The translations under genes were made by a program, and so were the position numbers. A stretch of 64,000 nt of DNA from Syntrophales bacterium (lineage in GTDB: Bacteria > Desulfobacterota > Syntrophia > Syntrophales > UBA2210), in contig CAXXKT010000001.1 in assembly GCA_963662405.2 (NCBI GenBank), positions 128,001-192,000 of the forward strand. The letters are read 5' to 3'. The notes under the pieces are model-generated. The model saw nothing but the letters and a program-made list of their open reading frames with translations, was not told the DNA's origin and ran no database searches. Of the stretch, positions 1 through 8,500 are shown one piece after another (the first letter of the stretch is position 1; every line of letters starts with the position of its first letter).

Positions 1-3
1 CCC

Positions 4-47
4 GCCTGATGGTTTCTCTGCCAGGAGAGACCGTCGGGCTTTTTTTT
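4..47 (+). terminator. Intrinsic terminator of a gene upstream of the window
   Basis: GCCTGATGGTTTCTC / GAGACCGTCGGGC stem followed by a T run. Confidence 0.6.
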
Positions 48-517
48 ACCCTCATTGTTGCCTTATCTTATTACAAATTCATAAATACTGAGAAGCAGTA
101 ATTTAGGCTAAAAACTCAAACTGGGCTAATAAGCTAATATAACTATAGATATTTTTTTAATTTGTTGATAATCTTCCAAAGAATTCAGGGGAGTTCAAAG
201 AAGAGAATCTCCCCCGGTTTATTGCTGTTTCCGATAATATTATATATATCAAGCACGTGGAGTCTATCCCCCATAATAAGTATTCTTGCATGTCTCCGCC
301 CCCTTCGCGTCCCTGTAGGTAGGTGGGGGAAGACCGGGCAGGGTCCCCGGTTTTTCGGTAGCGAACCTATCCCCCTAAATTGTGCCTTTTCCTGTGCCCG
401 TGAGGTCAAATTTTGCTGAATTTTACCGCATATTCCCCAACGTGAACAACAAAATAAACACCTAATCTTTCAAATAGTTGCCTTTTCCCTTGCGTTTTCC
501 AACTTTCTTTTTTCGAA

Positions 518-562
518 CTCCGGAGCCAAAGGCCCTGGGTTCGAGTCCCAGATCGCCTACCA
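518..562 (+). other. 3' half of tRNA-Arg(CCG); probable att site of a tRNA-integrated element
   Basis: CT-CCG-GA anticodon loop, GCCAA stem strand, T-arm CTGGG-TTCGAGT-CCCAG, acceptor strand and ACCA; no 5' half upstream. Confidence 0.8.
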
Positions 563-567
563 TAAAA

Positions 568-606
568 GTTATAAGGGGTTATAGCTGTCCTATAACCCCT
601 TATAAC
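568..606. repeat. Perfect 17-bp inverted repeat after the tRNA fragment
   Basis: GTTATAAGGGGTTATAG-ctgtc-CTATAACCCCTTATAAC. Confidence 0.85.
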
Positions 607-963
607 AACCATCTTTCATTTTACCCCACACCCTACCCCACACGGGAAGATGAATTTGGTCCTTTTCAGGCAATATGGGCGAAATATTTGTTGGGGTGGA
701 TGTTGATATATACTTGAAGGAATATCGTTGTTTCTTCCTCCTACCATGAATTTATATAGAGTGGTGTATAATCGATTAGTCGATGTTCATGGGAAGGCGG
801 GAGGACTCAGTGCTTCCTGGGCGTTAGAGCCCTCATTTCAGTATGTCCCAAGCCTCTGTGAACCATAATAGGTTGGTTGGATCATTGAATCCTTGTCACG
901 CTGGAGGATTGGTCTGGAGGCTATGGTTCCTGCTTTTCCTTTCATTCGTTAGGAGGTGAAGCG

Positions 964-2166
964 ATGTCAGGATTAACGGACAGCTTTAATGATTTTGTTG
1001 GAATAGATGTTTCCAAAGATAAATTCGACGCCTGCGGAATCACAAGAGATGCAGCACAGCTCTTCCAGTTTTCCGCGAGCATGGATCGTAAGGGCTTCGA
1101 TAAGTTGAGGGAACATCTTGCTTCTGTTTCCATTTCGTCCGTTTTAATCGGGATGGAATCAACAGCATCTTATCATATCAATCTTTTCTCGTACTTGATT
1201 TCAGAGGGTTACCGAGTGATCATCATTAATCCTCTGCTGATTTCCAATTACGTGAAGATGCAGCTCCGGAAAACCAAGACAGATAAGAAGGATGCCGCTG
1301 TTATTGCCATGTTTCTTCTTGCACACAGAAATACCCTGAGCCAACGATCATATTCTCCTTTGATTTCCGAGCTTCGGGATCTTTCACGTCAGCGGGAGAA
1401 TCTGGTTGATGAGATGACCGCTCTGAAGATCAACATCAAACGGCTCCTGAATATCACTTTTCCGGAATTGGAGCATATGACGTTGGTCTTTACGAAGTCT
1501 ATGCTGAAGCTTCTCCAGCAATACCCATCTGCTGTTGCTCTGAGAAGTGCGGATCCTATTCAATTGTCCCAGACGCTCATTGCAGATTCCTATGGGCACA
1601 AAAGAGAAGCATTTACCGCGGAGTTAATGAAGGCAGCTAGAGCGTCGGTCGGTACCCACAGTGCTGCGAAGGAAGTCATTCTTAAACAACAGGTGACCTT
1701 GCTCCTTCACTTTGAAGAGGACCTGCAAGAGATAACCGGCATATTAATTGAGATGAGCCGAAATCTGATGGAAGAAGACATAAACATTCTGACTTCCATA
1801 AAGGGCATTGGTAACAAAACTGCTGTTAATTTTCTCATTGAGATGGGGGGCGACATCAATCAGTATGATGATTCCGGGAAGATCATTGCCATGGCGGGCT
1901 TAGATCCGGCTGTTTACCAGTCAGGCAAACATGAAGGTAAAGGCAAGATCACGAAACGAGGGAACCGCCATTTACGGAGAGTCATCTGGATGATGGCAAC
2001 CAGGGTGATCAACTATAGCGATGTTTTCAAGACTTACTACCTCAAACGTAGAAAGGAGGGATTGCCGTATAAGATGGCAGTATTGGCCACCGCTCACAAA
2101 TTGATCCGTGTCATCTATGCCATGCTGACGCAACGGACAACTTTCTGCCCACAGATAAATTCATGA
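964..2166 (+). CDS. IS110-family transposase (recombinase)
   Basis: VGIDVSK, GMESTA, KTDKKDA DEDD domain; AGLDP..YQSG...KRGN..LR C-terminal domain; ~200-bp noncoding leader. Element ends not resolved. Confidence 0.95.
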   Translation: MSGLTDSFNDFVGIDVSKDKFDACGITRDAAQLFQFSASMDRKGFDKLREHLASVSISSVLIGMESTASYHINLFSYLISEGYRVIIINPLLISNYVKMQLRKTKTDKKDAAVIAMFLLAHRNTLSQRSYSPLISELRDLSRQRENLVDEMTALKINIKRLLNITFPELEHMTLVFTKSMLKLLQQYPSAVALRSADPIQLSQTLIADSYGHKREAFTAELMKAARASVGTHSAAKEVILKQQVTLLLHFEEDLQEITGILIEMSRNLMEEDINILTSIKGIGNKTAVNFLIEMGGDINQYDDSGKIIAMAGLDPAVYQSGKHEGKGKITKRGNRHLRRVIWMMATRVINYSDVFKTYYLKRRKEGLPYKMAVLATAHKLIRVIYAMLTQRTTFCPQINS

Positions 2167-2227
2167 TAGTTGACTGAAAGAGATGGGATCAAGAGTGAAG
2201 AAAAAGTGGAGGATTTCTTTCCGTATT

Positions 2228-2283
2228 CATTAACACAGAGTTCACCGGGGCGCTTACGCATCCGGTGAAACAACTTGTTCAGC
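2228..2283 (-). other. attC site, array 1
   Basis: Minus strand GCTGAAC...GTTTCACCGGATGCG-TAAG-CGCCCCGGTGAAC-tctgt-GTTAATG; imperfect palindrome with extra bases overlapping the gene stop. Confidence 0.8.
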
Positions 2284-2613
2284 ATTCGTGCTTTTAGACT
2301 CCGGGAGTGTGCCGGTTTTTAGTCGATACTCGTAGGTCTGTTCCTTTTTGCATCGGTTTACGATGGTTGTCTCATTAACGGGTGCTCCCATTGTCCAGTA
2401 GACTATTTCGTCTTCATCGAAATACGTAATACGTTTCTTGTAAAAGTGCCCCTCGTATCCGTATGATCTGATATGCCCGACAAGCTGAATAAATAATTCT
2501 TCGTCAAGGCGGTCACGTACAATATACTCGTGTGGCCAAGTAGGCGCATAGGTCTTGGCAAACGTCCACTTCTGCTCTGTGATAAAAGCTTTGAGGTTGG
2601 TGGGAAGCTTCAT
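2254..2613 (-). CDS. Hypothetical cassette protein
   Basis: ORF from MKLPTNL ending inside attC; start chosen downstream of the previous gene's stop. Confidence 0.75.
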   Translation of the reverse strand: MKLPTNLKAFITEQKWTFAKTYAPTWPHEYIVRDRLDEELFIQLVGHIRSYGYEGHFYKKRITYFDEDEIVYWTMGAPVNETTIVNRCKKEQTYEYRLKTGTLPESKSTNAEQVVSPDA

Positions 2614-2647
2614 CGTCTCATTCCTGTTCGGTGTCCCGGATGGCCTT

Positions 2648-3226
2648 TCAATATGGGATTCGTTCGTCCAGCCCGCGAATTGTCTCAGGTGCTGCAATAA
2701 CGAGTTGTCCGCGATTCTTCTCGCTCTTGGTTCCGATATGATTGTCAGCCGGATATAGCGCCGTGTCTACAGGATGGTTGTTCCTCAGATTCCAACCGAT
2801 GCACCCTTCAATGTGTTTTCGCAATTGAGGGTCAACCTCTACTGGGGCAAAGAAGATGTTTAGAACGGACACATATTTGATGACTGAACCATGGATGGTC
2901 TCGTATGCGTCAATCTGCTTATGCGGTCCATCTGGTGATTTGTCTCTCCACAGCCCCGGCCAAATGAGTTCGCAGATGCCTTGTTGCGCCTTGTCGGGAT
3001 CGAATATACCATAGTTGAGTCCGAGGATATGGATGAGGTGTTCCCGTTGTCGTTTTGCGAGAGACACCGTCTCTCCCACGTAGTGCACCATGTGTGTACG
3101 GTCAGCATGTTGCTGAATAGTCCATAGATATACTCCGGCAACACTGGCGCATGGTGCCGTGAAAACAGAATTATGACGATCCAGAAAGCTGAATGGCCCA
3201 GTAAAGTTTAGATTAAGCGTTTCCAT
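2648..3226 (-). CDS. Cassette protein, GIY-YIG nuclease-like
   Basis: GVYLW...VHYVGET..LAKR..EH motif; starts just after GTTCGGC. Confidence 0.6.
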   Translation of the reverse strand: METLNLNFTGPFSFLDRHNSVFTAPCASVAGVYLWTIQQHADRTHMVHYVGETVSLAKRQREHLIHILGLNYGIFDPDKAQQGICELIWPGLWRDKSPDGPHKQIDAYETIHGSVIKYVSVLNIFFAPVEVDPQLRKHIEGCIGWNLRNNHPVDTALYPADNHIGTKSEKNRGQLVIAAPETIRGLDERIPY

Positions 3227-3244
3227 GTGTTCCGTATCCTGGTT

Positions 3245-3281
3245 GCCGAACAATGTTTATATGGATCCTGATAAAAACCTA
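3245..3281 (-). other. attI-like site, array 1
   Basis: TAGGTTTTTATCAGGATCCATATAAACATT-GTTCGGC; 32/33 identical to 30267-30299. Confidence 0.7.
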
Positions 3282-3359
3282 TTTTCCTTCCTGCTATACG
3301 TACCAAAGTGGTGATTGCAACTGAGGTAATTTAGGTTCATCATCTGTCTGTATTTCTTA

Positions 3360-4532
3360 TTGATTCAGGATAAGGAGGCAGAGATGACCATGAAAGACGA
3401 TACTACACGGAAGGCAGCAATGTCTTCTGCAGTTACAGAACATCCCACCGCAACGACATCCTGGCATTACCAGACTCGTTTCCGTTTTTCATTACATCGT
3501 GATGGAAGTGTTGAGACACTCGCTACGATTTTGCAGCATCTTTCCCACATGGATCTTCCGGGCACGGATCATGTTGCGGCCTATCTGCGTTACCTGACCT
3601 ATCGTAACCGGCGCCCCCGGACGTTGACAAGTCGTTTTGGTTCCATAGTTTTGTTCCTCGCCATGGTGCGTGACAGCGGGAAGACACGTATTGAAGACGT
3701 TACCAGGAGAGATATTGAGTGCTTTATCGAGCACGAGCAGGACAGGGGCAATAAGATTACGACGATACGGACAAAGCTCGTCAATGTGCAAGCCTTTCTG
3801 CGCTATCTCGTGGAGGAGGAGATTGTTTCCCCGGATGTGTTTGGCAGGAGGATACGGTTGCAGCTGCCGGAGCGGCTGCCGAGGGCTATGGATCCTGACG
3901 ATCTACAGAAGCTGTTATCCGTGATTGACGATACCCGGGACCGAGCCATGATCATGGTACTGTTGAGGACGGGGATGCGCATCGGCGAGTTGCTCAATAC
4001 GAAGGTATCAGATGTCCACATCGGGGAACGGAGGATAGAGATTTACGAAGGCGAGAAGAACCGCCTGGGGCGCGTGGTGTATCTCAGTGACGATGCGATC
4101 CGTGCGCTCCGGAGGTGGTTGCAGGAGAGGAATCCCTGGGAGGCGTACCTTTTTTCCACTCATAGAAGCATATACCAGATGTCGTACAGCACCGCCCGTC
4201 TGATCTTCCATCGATATCTTGAGAAGGCGGGGTTACGTGACCGGGGCTATACGCTCCATACGCTTCGGCACACCTTTGCAACGGAGTTTCTCAACGCTGG
4301 CATGCGCCTGGAGTGTCTCCAGGTGCTGCTGGGTCACCGGAGTATCGAGGAGACCAGGCGCTATGCCAGGCTTACCGACAAGACCCGCGAGGAAGAGTAC
4401 TTTCGGGCCATGGCCCGGATAGAAGGGAGGGATAGTGATGGACATAACCAATGTCATCGTGAACTGGCGGCGGTTTCTGAAACGGAGAAACTGTTCGCCC
4501 AATACCGTGAAGAACTATCTGAATCTCATTAA
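3360..4532 (+). CDS. Tyrosine recombinase A with N-terminal SAM-like domain
   Basis: TGMRIGE, HTLRH, LLGH, TRRY motifs; start uncertain. Confidence 0.92.
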   Translation: MIQDKEAEMTMKDDTTRKAAMSSAVTEHPTATTSWHYQTRFRFSLHRDGSVETLATILQHLSHMDLPGTDHVAAYLRYLTYRNRRPRTLTSRFGSIVLFLAMVRDSGKTRIEDVTRRDIECFIEHEQDRGNKITTIRTKLVNVQAFLRYLVEEEIVSPDVFGRRIRLQLPERLPRAMDPDDLQKLLSVIDDTRDRAMIMVLLRTGMRIGELLNTKVSDVHIGERRIEIYEGEKNRLGRVVYLSDDAIRALRRWLQERNPWEAYLFSTHRSIYQMSYSTARLIFHRYLEKAGLRDRGYTLHTLRHTFATEFLNAGMRLECLQVLLGHRSIEETRRYARLTDKTREEEYFRAMARIEGRDSDGHNQCHRELAAVSETEKLFAQYREELSESH

Positions 4533-5331
4533 ACACTTTGTTGTCTGGGCGGACGTGCCCGTTGAGGAGGTGACGCATGCAACGGTATCGCGCTACATAG
4601 AGTATCTGATGCAGAAGCGGCTATCGCCCAAGACCGTCAACTGTCATCTGAACGGTATTCGTCAGTTCTATCACTATCTGCGGGAAGAGGAAGGGATCGG
4701 TATTGTCAATCCCATCAGGAACAAACATACACAGAAGATGCCCCGACCCCTTCCCCGGCATTTACGAGACGAGCAGGTGGATCGTTTCTTTAACGTTGTG
4801 AATGGACACCGTGACCGTGCCATGTTCATGCTCATGCTCCGTTGCGGTCTCAGGGTGGAAGAGGTTGCCACCCTTGCCATCGGTGCCATAGACATCAAAC
4901 GCAGGGCTATCTTGATTGAGGACGGCAAGGGTGCAAAGGACCGGGTCGTGTATATGAGTAATGATGTGATTCAGTCACTGGCAGCCTATCTGAGAGTACG
5001 GCCGGCATCCCGGGCACGGAAGATCTTTCTGGCAGAGAAAGAGCCGTGCAGGGGCCAGCCCATCTCCATCCGCGGCATTCAACGGCGCATGGAACACTAT
5101 GCCCGCAAAGCGCGGATCAAAATGTCCTGTCATCATCTCCGGCATACGATGGCTACGCAGATGCTCAATGCCGATGCTGATCTGTGTACGATTCAGGATC
5201 TTCTCGGCCACAGCAATATAAAAACCACCCAGAGGTATTGCCGTGTATCGAACATGAAGGTTCAGAGAGATTACTTCAATGCCATGGAGGTCATTATGCA
5301 CCGAAGGGCCTGCAACCCACATAACACTTGA
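4438..5331 (+). CDS. Tyrosine recombinase B (XerC/D-like)
   Basis: CGLRVEE, GKGAKDR, HHLRH, LLGH, TQRY; GGAGG RBS; overlaps recombinase A. Confidence 0.92.
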   Translation: MDITNVIVNWRRFLKRRNCSPNTVKNYLNLIKHFVVWADVPVEEVTHATVSRYIEYLMQKRLSPKTVNCHLNGIRQFYHYLREEEGIGIVNPIRNKHTQKMPRPLPRHLRDEQVDRFFNVVNGHRDRAMFMLMLRCGLRVEEVATLAIGAIDIKRRAILIEDGKGAKDRVVYMSNDVIQSLAAYLRVRPASRARKIFLAEKEPCRGQPISIRGIQRRMEHYARKARIKMSCHHLRHTMATQMLNADADLCTIQDLLGHSNIKTTQRYCRVSNMKVQRDYFNAMEVIMHRRACNPHNT

Positions 5332-5509
5332 CGGAACAGAGAATATGTGAAATGGTAAACAACAACTAACCGCATAGAATCAATAGGTAAATCAGACTAT
5401 AGTACGTATAGCTTCCTGTAGTTGAGAAAAACAAGGGTGAAGAAGAAGTAGAATATTTCTTCCTGCAATCATTAGGAAAATAGTCGCTGTTGTCACTATT
5501 TTTCAAGAC

Positions 5510-8500
5510 TTATACGGCGTTATTTTTGGACTTCAAGATAATAGTGTCTGTATAAGCTTTTTGAAAAAGGTCGCTTTCTGCCGTACCGCTTGTCAATCCC
5601 GATGCAAGATGATTGAAAATTCTTTTTTTAGACTCAATCTCATATTCAGCGATCATTTCTGCTAATAACGATTTCGATCTGTTTTCTATATCTCTGTCCA
5701 TATCAATCCCATAGGCAAATTCCACGACGTCTTTATATATACTCCAAGCTTGTGCCCAGTATTTTATATCTTCGTGGTCACGTCTTATTCTCTTTAAAAG
5801 TTCAAGAGATATAGACAGAAATGATCTCGCTAAGAAGTTAAGCTTGTCCCTTTCTGCTTTTTGAACGAACTGTATTTTTTTGAACCAAACATACCAAATA
5901 GCTGTAATTATATTTTGTTCAACTAATATGCCATCCTCTTTACTGATCATGTATGATAAAAATTGTCCAATCTCGGTCAATGCGTTTTTGTAATCCCCTT
6001 TAAACCACCAAATAGCATTTATGAATGAATTGAAGGCTTGGTGATTATTTAATATCTCCAAATAATTCTCTATGCTTCCCCCCGCCTCTGAAAGATCATC
6101 TTCGAGAACAATCAATATATCCTTATAGTTTATCGGCATTCCAACCACATTAAATGCGCATAGCTGGGCGAATTTCTCTGCGGCTTCTTTTTGAGTTATT
6201 ACCTTCTTTTCTTTTAATATCGTTATTATATCGATTGTAGATATAGTATCTTCATAATGATTCTTACCACAAACATAGAGCCTTGATATTGCATCATCTG
6301 TATAAAATATGGGTTTTAATGAGTCATAAACAGACTTTATTTTATCTAATTCACTGAAAATATTATTTTCATCTATTATATCTTTACTTGAAGGTTGTTG
6401 AATCTGTTCAACATATCTTGATAATAATTCAACTATATCTTTAGCTTTGGTTGCATAGGGGATAAAAACAAATTGTTGAGCCAACATCTGTAAGTTAGCG
6501 ATTGAGTCTTTTGCGATTGCAATTTTAGGAAATATATCAAAAATGTATTCTAATAATGCTAAGTCGAATAAAATCAACAAAGCCACATCATCAATAAGAG
6601 GCATTCGCCCTCTAAGGTTCTCTATTCTTCTTGGCACATAGGGCCCGGGGCTAATAGTCAGCTGATATTGCAGATCATCCTTTCCGGTTATCTTGGACAA
6701 CTCCCACAGGTGAATAAAGTTCGAAACGTTCAATAAAAAATGATGCCTGATTAAATAAGGAACAGGAAGCGTGCCGCTGCTTAAAAGATTTTCATTCCGC
6801 TGGTACCATTCCCTTTTTTCTTTTGTGAATCCTGTTATAGTTTCTAGTTGAGATAATAGATCTTCGTGCGATTTTTCTTTTACATGGAATGATCTTAAAA
6901 CTTTTGACTCTGGAAATCTCTCTGTATATTTCTTAAGCCGTTTTTGAAACTCTTGAACGTTCTCATCTTGAACCGTTTTTTCAGGATCAAGTGTTGCCAC
7001 AAAGAAATTTAACAAATAAAGTCCTTCTTCAGCTTCATCATTTTGGTCACACAATTGGCCATATTTTAAACATATATCAATCAACCTCTCACTCTTTGGA
7101 TTGATATACATTTCAATGTTAAACAACATCCTCAAAAAATGTACCTTCTGCTTTTGATAAGTTGCTTTCTCAAGAAGTCGGGTGACCAAGGTTTTGGCTT
7201 TTTCGATCAGACCACATCTTGCTGATATATTTATATAGATTTCAAGTGCAAACGGGTCATGTTTTTCTCCTTGTGAGATTTCTTCTAAAAGTGTTAATGA
7301 TTTTCCTGTTTCTCCAATTCCATCTAGTGCTAAAGCCTCAAATGCTTTAAACTGAGAGTTGGTTGAAAATCTGATTTGTGCCTTGCGGGATGTTGCTAAA
7401 ACGCCATGCCAGTCTTGGACTGTTACTTTAGCCTGACAAAGAATAGTGTATTCGCTGTCTAGTAAATCCCTCTCCGAAATGATATCAATCGAAATTTCAA
7501 TAATTTTTTGTGCTGCGGCGTTTTCATATGGGTTAAGGTTATTAAAAAGTTGAGCTAATAATTGATTGTGTTTGTGACCTTCTTTGTAAACATCATATAG
7601 TTTTTCAATTGCCTCAGGCTTTTTTAACGCTTCCTGATTTGCGTGCAAAATAAAATCATATACTGCGATCAATGACCTTGAATTAGGGACCGTTTGTAGT
7701 GCCTCAAGAAACTTGTCTCTTTCAGTATACTTCATGAGATCATTAGCGCATTCAGCTGCAATTGCGATAACGGTGTCATAGTTAGCGGGTTTTTCTTTGA
7801 TTAGATCGTCAAGTATTTCAATAGCTAATTTGACCACTTCCGCTTTATCGTTTTTCCAATAAGTTAAAATGATTTTATTGGCTTTATTGTTTAGTGTATT
7901 TGGTAGCTTACATAATTGCCGCTCTGCAATGGTTCGATCACTTGTATGCATTGCAACTTGAAACAAACTTTCCTGTACAATTTGAATGGATGGTCTGATG
8001 TCTGCCAATTTAACGAGGTGTTTTTTAACGATTTCTGGCTCATTAAAATACATGCCTAAAATAGAGAATATATCGATCATCGATTGAACGTCAGGGGGGT
8101 ACCCTAATTTATCAGCTAAATTCATCGCAGATATTAACTCTATCCATGCGTTCTTTAATATTTCCGGATTCATGTCAGGAGTGCCTGCGAAAGATATCGC
8201 TTTGTCATCAGGAGTTTTTCTGAATCCAAGATTGAAGTATGATCTGGCTTTTAATGATCTTAAACTTAGTTCTTGTCTATCAGTTAAATCTTGTTCTGAG
8301 AATGCTTTGTTGACTTGGTTTATACAGTCATTGTATGAGCCTGAAAGCAAATGTATAAGCGCTTTAAGGACGAAAATGTCTTGTTCGTCCTGGTTTTCTA
8401 AAATTTTAAAGGCTTCTTCATATCTTTCGTTTAAAGCCAGCAATTTTGACTTCAGCCGAAGGTAATCAAGATCATTCTTTTTTTCTATCTCTGATAAAAT

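Larger units (their letters stand above)
3294..5411 (+). mobile_element. Dual tyrosine-recombinase element, copy 1
   Basis: Terminal IRs CTATACGTAC / GTACGTATAG; flanking 7-bp direct repeat CTTCCTG at 3287-3293 and 5412-5418. Confidence 0.85.

Noticed and set aside
162..717. Short ORFs at the window start
   Set aside because: No motifs or RBS; they overlap the tRNA fragment and hairpin.
760..963. Bridge-RNA guide assignment and exact ends for the first IS110
   Set aside because: Single copy, so core and boundaries could not be fixed; the leader is a plausible bridge RNA but is unsupported in detail.
3360..5331. Calling the recombinases IntI or chromosomal XerC/XerD
   Set aside because: No IntI-specific insertion; they occur as duplicated overlapping pairs inside IR-bounded elements.
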